64,000 bases of DNA from Epithemia pelagica (Eukaryota > Protista > Bacillariophyta). A program made the translations under genes and the position numbers. The stretch is from contig OX337228.1 of the NCBI GenBank assembly GCA_946965045.2, positions 6,200,001-6,264,000 of the forward strand. The letters are read 5' to 3'. Below, in pieces: positions 32,427-43,746 of this stretch. Each line of letters starts with the position of its first letter. Position 1 is the stretch's first letter. The notes beneath the pieces are model-generated. The model made no database searches and was not told where the DNA came from. It worked only from the letters and a program-made list of their open reading frames with translations.

Positions 32427-33725
32427 ATGATGATGGCTACCTCTCTCGATGCTGCTGTTTGTGGTCGCCAACGTGCGTGCTAAATGCCAAAAGCCCACAG
32501 ATTGGATCCCGTGAGGTCGGGTCTCAAATCTGATATCTGAGTAGTAGACCTGCTAGCTATCCTTACGATCTCATTTTTTGACGATCTCATAAAAGTTGAT
32601 GATGACCCTCATTCAGTGAAAAAAGATCATCTCTACTTCTTGAAGAGACTCGAGCCAATGTTGAGGCAATCCTCAGTGTACCCCCTTCATCCGAAAGAAA
32701 GCCAGATCCTCGTTCGCGTCTCTGGTCATGAATTTGGTCTTTACGACAAGATTCTCGTCTACGGAAGCAGTTTGGCAATTGTTGGATCGGTGTTCTGGGT
32801 ACCAGCTGCGATGAGATGGTGCTTCAAGAGAATCCGCGCTGCACAAGAGAATTGTGATACGCGACGACATAGAATATATTGGGCTTTGATTATGGCTTTG
32901 ATCGGACTTGTTGTGTGGGGAGGTCCACATCAAAGCACTCGCCTTGACAAATTGCTTCGAGTGCGTAGCTGGAGATTGTGGAACGCATGGCTGAAATTTG
33001 TGGCCTTTGAGGCCATTGTGGACAACAAATTCACTACAGACATATCAGCGGTTCTGAAGGACCGGAACATTTTGGCGTTTTGCCCTCATGGCATATTTCC
33101 ATTCGCGTTTGGACTGGGAGCGATTTCCGAGCTCGCTCAAGAAGCATTTGGGATCTTTCGCCCCGTTGTGGCAACTGCAGTCAGAGCCTTTCCAGTTGTG
33201 AGCTCCTTTCTAAGTCTTCTCGGCGCTGTCGATGCTAGTCGAGGTACTGTTGATCGGGTCATGGCAGGAGAAGAACGAGTGGGGATTATACCCGGAGGGA
33301 TTGCCGAAATATTTGAATCCTACCCCAAACCTGGAACTCATCCAGATGAAGAATATGCCATTGTTCGAAAAGGTTTCTTGAAGATGGCAATCAAGCATGG
33401 ACGGGATGTTGTTCCCATCTACTGTTTTGGATCCACCAAAATGTTTCGGCGCCTGCAACTTCCGTTGCTCGAGACTTTCTCCAATTTACTTCGAATCAGT
33501 GTTTGCGTATTCTATGGAGTTTGGGGATTACCTTTACCCTTTCGGCAAAAGTTAACCTACATTGTGGGACAACCAATCTGCCCTCCGCCTTCTAGTGACA
33601 CTGATCTGGATCGGACGGTGGAGAACATGCACGAACAGTTTTGCACATCGCTGCAAAGCATGTTTGAACGTCATAAGCATGCTTACGGTTGGGGACACAA
33701 GTCACTCAAGATAATATCAAGGTAA
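32427..33725 (+). CDS. DGAT2: Diacylglycerol acyltransferase type 2; putative short first exon 32427-32472, main exon from about 32548 (or 32557)
   Basis: FCPHGIFPF (HPHG variant), VGIIPGGIAE, RKGFLKMAIKHG..VVPIYCFG, PLPFRQKLTYIVGQPI. The main frame has no ATG upstream, so the first exon is inferred. Confidence 0.85.
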
Positions 33726-33949
33726 ACGTCATCTTCACAAAACACAAGGCTACTATTGTTAAAACACCTGAAATGGGGTTCGAACGTCGCGAATGGGCGC
33801 TTGACTGGTGCTCTTGCATTCGAAACTGTTGATGGATGAGCTCTACACTCTTCATCCAGATCGGATCCAAATAACATATGATTACATGCAGAACCAAAAG
33901 TGTTTGACCAAGGGAAGGTGAGAATACTTTCACCATGATGTTAAAAGGA

Positions 33950-35209
33950 TCAAAATGGGTAACCAAAGCGGCCATCCGGATCGACCAGTGATTTTGATTT
34001 CCGGACAACCACATCTCTCCCATGACGAAGATCGATGACAGCCTCTTCGTAGTATCCAGGACCTGCTGCTGTGAAGGAATCTTGAAGCATTCCTTGGGAG
34101 CATAAGTCCCAGCTATTCTGTAGTTGCAGCGATGAATGGTTGGGTCTCCCTTCCCGGTAAAGCAGAACGCAAAAATCGAGAGAAACCCTGCTTTTGGAAC
34201 TGGTGTTGTCAACGCTAAACTGGAGGCATCGCGCTCCATCGTATAGGTATCCCAGACCCACAGATTTTGCCTCAAGCGGGTGCCAGTCCTCTCGTCCAGG
34301 ATGAGATTCAACGAAAAGAGCCGAGTCTCCCATGGATGGCGTAAGAGGTATATGAAAGAACAAGCATCCAATCGAATGACCCATGGTTGTTCCACATTTG
34401 GGAGCTTCCGCAGAACAACCTGGTCTCGCGATCCGTATGGTTGGGAAAGCTTGGTATCGATAGGTGATGTTGTCGGATGGGGATATGACTCCCTTGGAAA
34501 TAGCAACGGCTTGTAATAATGGTATGCAGAAGGATGTTAGAAAAGAATCGTATGCGAATTGAAAGACCTGTCGGTTTTCTTTAGAAAGTAAAGGTTTGAG
34601 CAACTCCTCGTCTGGGACCTCATGCACCAGAGACAAGTCCGACACATTCAAGGTATCTGCGAGAATCTCGTGCAGCGGATACGTGTGTTCATCAAAGAGA
34701 AAGGGTCTTTCATCCCGTAAGCATGTGTAGGGGACCCCCACCGAACTTGCAATGGCTGCATGAACTTTAATTTCTGTCCGACTTCTCGTCATCTCTCTCC
34801 GAGAACGCGCATGCCGTAGAAATGGTTCCATCGCTCTTCGTGTGCTAGCTCCAAAATGGTGACCATCTCCCATCAAATTGCGCATTGCGAGTCCAAATCT
34901 CTGCGAGGTCACTTCGGGTGCCACTTCGGTTTCCAGACTCTCCGACGAAGAGCCTGATATTGATGATATAGAAGACAGACTGAGAGCGCCCGTCAATGGC
35001 ATGGACAATACCAATTGCGCCTTTCTCAGACTGCCAAAGTCGATCGTAGTCGTCTCGGCGGGTGGAATCTTCCACATTGAATCTACGTCGCCACACTCTC
35101 CGCTCGTTCTGGATGCACTCATCATCGATAAGTTGCGAGAATGTTCATGGAATGGAGAAGTAAACGTTGGTGATGCTATTGATAGATTTTGTAGGTTGTT
35201 GTTGGACAT
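33950..35209 (-). CDS. StrG-like / 2OG-dioxygenase-fold protein, apparently lacking metal ligands
   Basis: YRYQAFPTIRIARPG, GH..G.LFFHIPLT, LFVESHPGREDWHPL, YDGARC, NTSSKSRVSLDF. Family recalled from motif pattern only. Confidence 0.55.
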   Translation of the reverse strand: MSNNNLQNLSIASPTFTSPFHEHSRNLSMMSASRTSGECGDVDSMWKIPPAETTTIDFGSLRKAQLVLSMPLTGALSLSSISSISGSSSESLETEVAPEVTSQRFGLAMRNLMGDGHHFGASTRRAMEPFLRHARSRREMTRSRTEIKVHAAIASSVGVPYTCLRDERPFLFDEHTYPLHEILADTLNVSDLSLVHEVPDEELLKPLLSKENRQVFQFAYDSFLTSFCIPLLQAVAISKGVISPSDNITYRYQAFPTIRIARPGCSAEAPKCGTTMGHSIGCLFFHIPLTPSMGDSALFVESHPGREDWHPLEAKSVGLGYLYDGARCLQFSVDNTSSKSRVSLDFCVLLYREGRPNHSSLQLQNSWDLCSQGMLQDSFTAAGPGYYEEAVIDLRHGRDVVVRKSKSLVDPDGRFGYPF

Positions 35210-35845
35210 GGTCGTCAAGTGCGTTCGTATCGCAGTGCCTCGTCATTCCATGTTGGTGTCAATGGAAATCACGCAGTCGAGCAACATTCTCTTTTGATGT
35301 GCTCGACCGAGACCTGCCTCCGATCGAGTATAGTAGTGTACATGTTCCTTCGCTCTGTACCGTGGAAAGAATCGGTACGGGTGGGTACTATAGATCCAAT
35401 CTGTAGGGGCAATCAAGTTTGTCATGAACAATTCGCGTTCGCACGTGAGCTCCTACGTTTTCATTCGCTGCTTCGGAGTTCGCACAGTCAACGAGTACCG
35501 GTTCGCATGTCGTCATCCTTCCGAACCAACACGAAAGAACAGGATGTGCATCATCGATGGCATGCCATCAACGTTTAAACTTTTTTGAAATACAAAACTT
35601 AAACATCATTATGGTCGGACGACAGACAGTCGTCGATTTTCTCACAACCAACAAACACACCAATCTCCATCGATCCAACAACATTGAAGACGACGACGAC
35701 TAACAACGAACAAGGCGAACATAGAGGACTTGGACGTTGCCGCTTGGTATCTTTTCAAAGTTTACGGGTGGAAAGTCACTGTTACTGCGTGTGGTTGTCG
35801 ATTGAAGCATTATCGTGTTCCAATTAGTGATTTGAATCGTCGAAC

Positions 35846-38150
35846 ATGCCGGTCTACAACTTCAAATCGATGCACCCCGTGCCGACGGCTCCGGAACTGG
35901 TCGACATTGTTCTAGTTCGTACGCAACGCCGAACTCCCACGGTGGTACATCCAGGCTACAAGATTCAGAGGATTCGGGCCTTCTAGTAAGTCCACATTGT
36001 TCGTTATCTGGCGTTTGGCCGTTGGCTAGTATGACTAACACAATTTCATTTCGCTTGTCGCCCTGTTCAGTATGCGAAAGATCAAGTTTACCCAACAAAC
36101 GATATCCGAACGACTGGGACAGATTCTTACCGATTTCCCTCGCTTAAACGATATTCATCCGTTCTATGCGGATCTCTGTAACACCCTGTACGACCGTGAT
36201 CACTATAAGTTGGCTCTGGGACAAATTAACTCAGCCCGGTCGTTGGTGGATGCCATTTCTCGAGATATGATTCGCATGGTCAAGTATGGCGACTCGTTGT
36301 ATCGATGCAAGTGTTTGAAACGTGCCGCTTTGGGACGTATGTGCACAGTCTTGAAGCGCCAAAAATCGTCCCTCGCCTATCTCGAGGAAGTGCGCAAGCA
36401 CATGTCGCGTCTCCCCGCTTTGGATCCCAACACGCGAACGCTTCTCATGTGTGGCTTTCCCAATGTTGGCAAGTCATCCTTTATGAACAAAATCACTCGA
36501 GGCAATGTCGACGTTCAACCATATGCTTTCACGACCAAGTCCTTGTTTGTGGGACATTGTGACTACAAATACTTGAGATGGTACGTGTTGTTGTCATGAC
36601 GTATTCGTTTACCGAGAGTTTCATCTCACACGATTTTGGTCTGTTGGTCTTGTAGGCAAGTCATTGATACACCTGGTATCTTGGACCATTCTCTGGAAGA
36701 AAGAAATACGATTGAAATGCAAGCCATCATTGCTCTGGCACACTTGTCCTGCAGTGTTTTGTACTTTGTCGATGTCTCGGAACAGTGTGGTTACACCATC
36801 GATCAACAGTGCTCACTGTTTCGAAGTATCAAACCGCTGTTTGCCAATAAGCAGTTGATCGGTACGTCTTATGTCAATAGATACCTTCTGGTCGTTGTCG
36901 GTTCTTCTCATTTATTCTTTTCTTCAGTTGTTGTCAATAAAATTGATCAACAACCCTGGGATACCTTGGACAGTGATAAGAAAACCATGGTTCAAGCACT
37001 TGCGGATGACGCGAATTGCTCGCTCATGACAATGTCCAATGTTTCGGAGGTAGGTGTCTCCGAAGTGAAGATTGCAGCTTGTGACAAACTTTTGGCCTCC
37101 CGTGTCGATGCCAGAATTAGCGGTAAGAAGATTGATGGCATTATGAATCGACTTCAGGTATTCCAACCTACCCCGCGTGACGATGTCAAACGAGAGCCCT
37201 TCATTCCGGAATCGGTCAAGCGTGCCAGAGAAGAAGGAGCGAAGAAACCGCAGCGGTCTAGAATTGGTTATGCGGAAACAGTTGACGATGACAATGATGA
37301 GGATGATGCTCCCATGACTTTGGAAACAACGCGAAAGAGCACTCGTGACATGATGTGGGAGAATGGTGGTCCCGGCGTTTGGGCGCCTGATTATAGGGAA
37401 CAGTACGACTTGGAAAATGACGACTGGAAGTTTGATAGTATTCCTGAAATCATTGATGGAAAGAACATTGCCGATTTCGTCGATCCAGACATTTTGAAGA
37501 AGCTGGAGGCACTCGAACAAGAAGAGGATCAAATTTTGAGTGAAATGGAAGCTGCCAAGATGAATGAAGAACCGGAATCTGACTTGGACGAAGAAGAGGA
37601 GGCAGCCGTCAGTGCAATTCGCGCGAGGAAGAAGATTATCAAGGCTCGAAAGCTTGCGACCCAAACCCAGAATAAACCAATGGTCCCTCTAAGTGTAAGA
37701 GGAAAAGGTGGAGCATTAGACACCCAACAAATTAAGGAAAAGATGGATAGTATTGGCGTGGATAGTTCGAAAATGCTGGAACGAGGGCGTTCTACTGAGA
37801 AAGCAGAACGAGCACGAAAGAGGGAAAGATCTTTGAGTCGCAAATTGGAAAAGCGCAAGGATAGCGATCACGACGAGATGGATATAGATGAGGAGGGCGG
37901 TACGAAAAGAGCAAGGGTCGAAACAACACGCAGTGATGTAAGCGAAGCATTGAGTCATTCCAAGCCTCAGGATCTTTCAAAGATGGGATTGAAGGATAAG
38001 GAGACAATCCAGAAAGCAAAGAAATTGGATTATCGTGGGCGTCTTTCCTGGAAGGGTGGTGCTGGTGAGGGTGACAACAGAAAAAGTGTCCATTTGGTCA
38101 AGTGGATGAATACAGGAAAGAAGCGAATGGGAACTCACTACTGTAGGTAA
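35846..38150 (+). CDS. NOG1: Nucleolar GTP-binding protein 1; exons 35846-35985, 36071-36580, 36656-36861, 36928-38150
   Basis: MPVYNFK...[47 protein letters not shown]-like [15 protein letters not shown]. All three introns are frame-consistent. Confidence 0.96.
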
Positions 38151-38222
38151 ATGCAATATTGCTTGGGATGTGTCCCCCCTAGAAAAAAATTCAAGTATGC
38201 AACGTTGCATTTCTATTAAAAA

Positions 38223-41102
38223 CTATGACGCAGAATAAGGTGCATGTCCTTTGTATTCTACGGTAAAGGAAGCTTCTCCTCCAGTCAAACTTCTGAGGCT
38301 GTTTGCGTACCCGAGGATTTCAATTAACGGAACCTCCCCTCGCAGCAAAGCATTCCGCTCGGAACTGGCGACATCCCCAAGCTGGACGTCTCCTACAGAT
38401 CCACGCCGATTTGTGAGATCACTCAACACATTTCCAACTTTTTCATTGGGGCTTGAGACTTCCATGCTCATTTTCGGTTCCAAAAGAACGCAACTTGATT
38501 TGTCAGCCAGCAACGTTTCGATCGCAAAGGCACACGCCGCACGGAGAGACCCTGGCATGGCCGTAATCCCAGCAATGCCACCTTCGGAATCGATATCCTC
38601 GACATGGCATCTCATGTTAGCCATGGCATACCCACTAGGACCACGCTTCAGAGCGCCTCTGCACCCCTCCATAAGAGATCGGACCACAACTGACTTTGCT
38701 TCAAGCTCTTCCAAAGTTCCTTTGTAGTCACTTAGATCGAGATACTCCAGGATCCGAGGCGAAATCGTCACTTCTGGATCTGAGACAACCTGACAACTTT
38801 CCTCGTTCATATTCTGGAACCCTGGCTCGAGTTTCAAATGAATTGATGCTTGAAGCCGAGTATCTCCGAATGTACGGTCAAAGTTGAGCAGACCGTCCGT
38901 CTCTACTACTTCAGAGACTGTCTCTCGATAAGCTACGGACGGTTTGCCAACCAAAACATTCAGATCGTGTTCTCGACGGATGCGATCCAGTGTTACCTCA
39001 ATGTGAAGCTCTCCCAATCCAGAGAGCAATGTCCGCGAATCTTCCTCTTCCACGACCAAACTGGGGTCTTCAATACAGAGAAGAGAGAGCGCTTCTGTCA
39101 GCCTTGTCTGCTCACTGGTAGATTCTGCTTCTAGTTGCACAGTCAGAACGGGCTTTGGTGCGATAAAACCGCCTGTACAATAGGCAACTTCATCCCGTCC
39201 ATTCTTGGCTTTTCGTCGTTTCGCTGGGGACATCATGATAGTGTCCCCCGTTACGACATTTTTCAAGCCTACCAATGCACAGACATCACCACTTTGTGCT
39301 TCACCGTTTTCCAGGTTACAAAAGTGTGTCAGTTCCAACATGCCGCCAACACGTTCCGTTCGAGAGATGCCGGGTGCCTGGGATTTCTCTCCTGGCGTGG
39401 GTGGTGTAATTACTTGAACGGTATCTTTACACCGAATCTTACCAGAGTAAATCCTTGCAAAAACAACCCTGCCATCTCCACTACCACCCTTGCATTTCAT
39501 GTGAAGGACTTTGAAGGCTAATGCGAGTAGTGTAGGGTGATAGCAATGGCCCAGCGCAACTGTGCTACCGCCAGGCACAGACGGCAGTCTTGTTTGTTGC
39601 CCAACATGCGTTAACGTGGGTGGCATTCGGTCAATGGGGGAAGGTAAGAAATCAGCAATGGCGTCGAGGCAAGGCTCAATGCCTTTGCCCTGTACGGCAG
39701 CCGCAGCCATGACAGGAAGTATACGATGGCTAATGGTAGCTCTTCGAATGGCCTGTCGTAGATCGGCCGTCGTGGGATCTTGTTCGTTCAAAAACAGCTC
39801 TTCCATGGTCTCATCCACTTCGGCCATGGAAGCAAACAATTCAGATCGTGCTGCGACTGCCACTTCCGTAACGGGGGAGTCCGGATACAGTAATTCATGG
39901 TCATCGGTCCACAATGGAATCACAGTAGGGATACAATTCTCCACTACCGAGATGTCGCCGTCCCCACATTTGGAGTGTGGCCAAATAACGACCCGCATAT
40001 GTATAAGATCGACAATTCCCATAAAGTCATCTGAAAGTACTTCATTCTTGTCGTAGGCAACCACCACTTTTTCCAGAATGCTTTCCGTATCATCCGTACT
40101 CTCCCATTCATCGGCAGAAGCAGCTCGAAACACGGGTAGTTGAATAGGTAATGGATTGGCCCCTGGAAGCTTTTGTCTCAAGGACTGCACCGCCGAATGA
40201 AAGTCTGCACCAATCTTATCCATTTTGTTAATGACCGCCAAACAGGGAAGAGGTTCGTGAAAATGATCTTGTCTTGTTTTGGGTAGTCGATCCTCGGAAA
40301 CCTCGGGGTTTTCCTCTTCTACCACTTGATGATTGTTGTGCGAGGGTCTCGTCATGGCACGCCATACCGTTTGCGTTTGCGCTTGCACACCGGCCGCCGA
40401 ATCGACTACCAGGACGGCACCATCCAGAACAGCCACACTCCGATTGACTTCGACGGAAAAATCGACATGACCCGGTGTATCAATCAAAGCAATATTGACT
40501 CGATCATTTGCAAAATCTCCTGCTTGGGAATTGTGAAAGGCCCAAGGAAAGCGAATGGCGGCCGATTGGATGGTAATGCCTCGTTCTCGTTCGGCGGGTA
40601 AGTAATCCGTGACGGTGTTTCCATCATCGACACTTCCGGCTCGTCCGACAATTCCTGCCAAGGCCAACATGCGTTCTGTCACAGTCGTTTTGCCTGCATC
40701 GACATGGGCAAAGACTCCCACATTCCGCATGTGACGTAAGCGATTCATTTCACGCTCCGAAACCTGGGAAAGGGGTGATGATGTGCTGGTTGGATTGGTT
40801 GTGGGTGCCTCGGGGAGTTCGGCCGGTTCCTCGTGCAATGGATTGTCTTGAAGCATCATTTCGGTAGCAGCCATGGTAGAATTGAATCGTTGTGCGTTGC
40901 TAGCGGAGTTGCTCGTTGCCGTGGTGGTGCTACTACCATATCGAAGTTGGCTCATATTATGGTCCGTACCATGGTTGGTTCGAATCTCGTCCACCCATGG
41001 CTGAGCAAATTGAACCTGTACTAGTGGGGCAAGCCTTCTCCCATGCAAGTTGTGTCTTATGCCAGACCGAAAGGACTTGAGGACGAAAGACGAAGTAATC
41101 AT
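38223..41102 (-). CDS. GFM2: Mitochondrial elongation factor G2 / ribosome-releasing factor 2, single exon
   Basis: RNVGVFAHVDAGKTTVTERML, ERERGITIQSAA, DTPGHVDF, NKMD, GLGELH, LLEP. N-terminal presequence. The EF-G2 (rather than EF-G1) assignment rests on divergence pattern. Confidence 0.8.
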   Translation of the reverse strand: MITSSFVLKSFRSGIRHNLHGRRLAPLVQVQFAQPWVDEIRTNHGTDHNMSQLRYGSSTTTATSNSASNAQRFNSTMAATEMMLQDNPLHEEPAELPEAPTTNPTSTSSPLSQVSEREMNRLRHMRNVGVFAHVDAGKTTVTERMLALAGIVGRAGSVDDGNTVTDYLPAERERGITIQSAAIRFPWAFHNSQAGDFANDRVNIALIDTPGHVDFSVEVNRSVAVLDGAVLVVDSAAGVQAQTQTVWRAMTRPSHNNHQVVEEENPEVSEDRLPKTRQDHFHEPLPCLAVINKMDKIGADFHSAVQSLRQKLPGANPLPIQLPVFRAASADEWESTDDTESILEKVVVAYDKNEVLSDDFMGIVDLIHMRVVIWPHSKCGDGDISVVENCIPTVIPLWTDDHELLYPDSPVTEVAVAARSELFASMAEVDETMEELFLNEQDPTTADLRQAIRRATISHRILPVMAAAAVQGKGIEPCLDAIADFLPSPIDRMPPTLTHVGQQTRLPSVPGGSTVALGHCYHPTLLALAFKVLHMKCKGGSGDGRVVFARIYSGKIRCKDTVQVITPPTPGEKSQAPGISRTERVGGMLELTHFCNLENGEAQSGDVCALVGLKNVVTGDTIMMSPAKRRKAKNGRDEVAYCTGGFIAPKPVLTVQLEAESTSEQTRLTEALSLLCIEDPSLVVEEEDSRTLLSGLGELHIEVTLDRIRREHDLNVLVGKPSVAYRETVSEVVETDGLLNFDRTFGDTRLQASIHLKLEPGFQNMNEESCQVVSDPEVTISPRILEYLDLSDYKGTLEELEAKSVVVRSLMEGCRGALKRGPSGYAMANMRCHVEDIDSEGGIAGITAMPGSLRAACAFAIETLLADKSSCVLLEPKMSMEVSSPNEKVGNVLSDLTNRRGSVGDVQLGDVASSERNALLRGEVPLIEILGYANSLRSLTGGEASFTVEYKGHAPYSAS

Positions 41103-41654
41103 GGTTCATTGATCTATTTCCCCAAACCATCAATTGCCTATCTCTCCATTGTCGTCGTCTGTGATGGACCGATGCAACCACTGACCACACAACAGTTTTG
41201 TTGGCTGTGGTGGTGGTGGTGCGTGGTGTGTTCGGTTTCTGTGGATTTGGGGGTGGTCCAACCGCTGACGTCTCATGCATGGTTCAATCCCCCTGAATCT
41301 TTTGGATATGGGAATGAAGATCGAGTTGCGCCAAGCGTCAAGCATGCCAGTATGGGGCAATAATAAGAGAGTATTGCCTGGCGGTGCATGTAACGTACAC
41401 TACATAAACGATATTGTTCCGTTGTACTTCTCAATAATATTGTATTGTATCGTGCGGCGTTGGTTTTGAAATTCAAGGAACCAACAAACACAGACAGTTA
41501 CGAATACCCCCAAACACAACAGTAAGTGTCGGTCCAACCAAGTCAACTCTGCTTCTGAAACGAGCACAGCAGCTTTGAGGACTCCGTCCCTGTGTTACGC
41601 AGTGGACTTGTCTAATCTTTTTAGAGCGAAGCAATCGATCAAGTCGATAGCAAT

Positions 41655-43277
41655 ATGACAAGTCCCTCAATGGCGCTTTTGGGAGAGCCTCATTGGCCCA
41701 AGGAGGCCTCGGACAAATATGAGCGAATAGAGGTTCTGGGAAAGGGATCTTTTGGCATGGTCTGGATGGCACGGCGAACAACCAAGTCGGAAGATACGTT
41801 TGACGATGAATATGTGGCCATCAAGAATATCAATATCAAGGATGAAAAGGGAGAAGTCTACGCTGAACGTGAGATTGCAATTTTGCACGAACTTCGTCAT
41901 CCGCACGTGATTCGGCTGATACGTTCGTACCATATGGAAAAGGTGGAGGGGGAGGCCAAAAAGTTCCCCAACACACGGCTGGTGGTCATGCAATTGGCGC
42001 GTGGACCCAACTTGCATCAACTCGTGATTAAACGGGGAGCCATTGGCTTGCCCTTGGCTCGACAAATCAGCCGGGAGCTTATTGCGGCGGTGAGTTATGT
42101 GCATGGCCGTGCGGTGATTCATCGGGACATCAAACCTAGCAATTGTATTTTGGCCAGCAACACGATATCTCCTTCCGAAGAATACGATTGGATTATGGAT
42201 GATGCTATTTGGAGCAGCCAAAAGGATGGAGAGGAAGCCGTGCAAAAACGAAAGTGGAAGCTCATGTTGGTCGACTTTGGCTTTGCACGAGCCTTGGAAG
42301 AGGACGAAATCAAACAACAAGCAAAGAAAATGAGAAACTCCATCTTGTTTGAACAAAGCGGCATGCAACCGAGACTTAGTTTTGCCGCCAAAAAACACAG
42401 TCCGAAAAGCCCCACGGCATTGGCGGCGGCCGAAGTTGCCGCAGCCGATCAGCTCAATGGTGGTGGAGATGAAAATGGTGGCAGTGCGGACAAGGATGAT
42501 GATTCCGTCGACGCGGCCAAAGTAGAAGAATTGGCGGAAATTGCGGCATCCAAAATGAAACCGTCCTTCGAGGCGCACAATGAGCTCGAAGATGCCATTA
42601 TGGGTCCGGGCCAAGAGAAACGAAAGAGGCCATCGGCTGTCTCGGTCCAATTTGAACAACTCGATTCAAAAATGTCCTCCAATCGCCGTCGCGTGAGCAC
42701 AGCACGCCACAATATCCGATCCATGAGTGCCTTGGGGACCAAAGCCTATGCGGCACCTGAAATCCGCAAACAGCTTCGACGTAAGACATCGGAAGATTTC
42801 AGCAAAGCCAATGCAGCAATGACCGAGTGCGTGGCTGACTATGGTATGATTGTCGATGCCTATTCGGTCGGTTGGACCTTGCGTGTGGCCATGACGGGCG
42901 TTCCACCCAATTTTTCCATTTCGGAATACATGCAGCAACGAGAAAATGTTGTCATGATACAGGATGAGAATGAAGATGCGGGGGTAGACATGTGCTGTTG
43001 CATGAAACCACCGTCCAGAGCCTTTGTCAAGATTCGTGATCCAGCGCAGATTCCATACGATGCAACCTTGTTGATTGCTCAAATGACGGAGAAGAAACCA
43101 GAAGATCGAATGACGGTACGTGAAGCGCAATTGCAACCTTGGATTGCAGGCAATGAAGATGATGAAGAGTACCTGTTACCACAGGGAGATTATCCGGCCA
43201 ATCACGGAGATCCTGTCGTTCCCCTCGAATGCGCACCAGCTCTCTCCAAGATTACTGTTGAATATCATACGCAATAG
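41655..43277 (+). CDS. Ser/Thr protein kinase with a very long activation-segment insertion, single exon
   Basis: LGKGSFGMV, VAIK, HRDIKPSN, DFG, GTKAYAAPE, DAYSVG, RMTVREA. Confidence 0.9.
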   Translation: MTSPSMALLGEPHWPKEASDKYERIEVLGKGSFGMVWMARRTTKSEDTFDDEYVAIKNINIKDEKGEVYAEREIAILHELRHPHVIRLIRSYHMEKVEGEAKKFPNTRLVVMQLARGPNLHQLVIKRGAIGLPLARQISRELIAAVSYVHGRAVIHRDIKPSNCILASNTISPSEEYDWIMDDAIWSSQKDGEEAVQKRKWKLMLVDFGFARALEEDEIKQQAKKMRNSILFEQSGMQPRLSFAAKKHSPKSPTALAAAEVAAADQLNGGGDENGGSADKDDDSVDAAKVEELAEIAASKMKPSFEAHNELEDAIMGPGQEKRKRPSAVSVQFEQLDSKMSSNRRRVSTARHNIRSMSALGTKAYAAPEIRKQLRRKTSEDFSKANAAMTECVADYGMIVDAYSVGWTLRVAMTGVPPNFSISEYMQQRENVVMIQDENEDAGVDMCCCMKPPSRAFVKIRDPAQIPYDATLLIAQMTEKKPEDRMTVREAQLQPWIAGNEDDEEYLLPQGDYPANHGDPVVPLECAPALSKITVEYHTQ

Positions 43278-43746
43278 AAAGAGGTATCCGAATCCTGGGA
43301 TTGTTGGGATTTGTTAACGTATATTCATTGTGAAACGTTTAAAGGCAAGTTTGAAAATACTCAATTACTGATTCTCCCCCCATTACACTCTAGCCCCTAT
43401 ACCTATACTGGAACTTGAGATACAGTTTGTGAAAAGGACACTTTGCGTTTCATTATTCTACTAATACCTAGTCAATTTGCAATTTAACCATATCGCTTGT
43501 GCGCAGAATACTCTTGATATCAAAACAAGTGTTGTGAATGCCTGTTCTCCTCCGCGTCCGTCCGTCAAGAGTTCTCCGTGAAATCTCTTTCTCAGCTCGA
43601 CCATGCCCAAAATGAACAGCCAACCAACGAATGTATGCGTATGCAACAATATGAAGCCTCTGACATCCAAAAACGAAAGCGAAAAAATCGGTGCAACGCG
43701 TTGACCGAACGGGCGCGCTTTCACCAAAAAGGACGTATGGCGGTCA

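Noticed and set aside
33080-33110. DGAT2 HPHG motif reads CPHG
   Set aside because: The first position is known to vary among DGAT2s (e.g. EPHS in plants); not evidence of inactivity or novelty.
35219-35431. In-frame upstream ORF separated from the StrG-like ORF by a single TGA (possible selenocysteine or readthrough)
   Set aside because: The TGA is not in a redox-motif context, no SECIS was recognised, the upstream peptide has no family features, and an ATG at 35209 suffices.
7875-38150. Apparent clustering of ribosome-biogenesis genes (PELP1-like, RRS1, NOG1) and of iron-related genes
   Set aside because: The genes are dispersed among unrelated ones over 30 kb. These categories are common enough for chance co-occurrence, and no shared organisation is visible.
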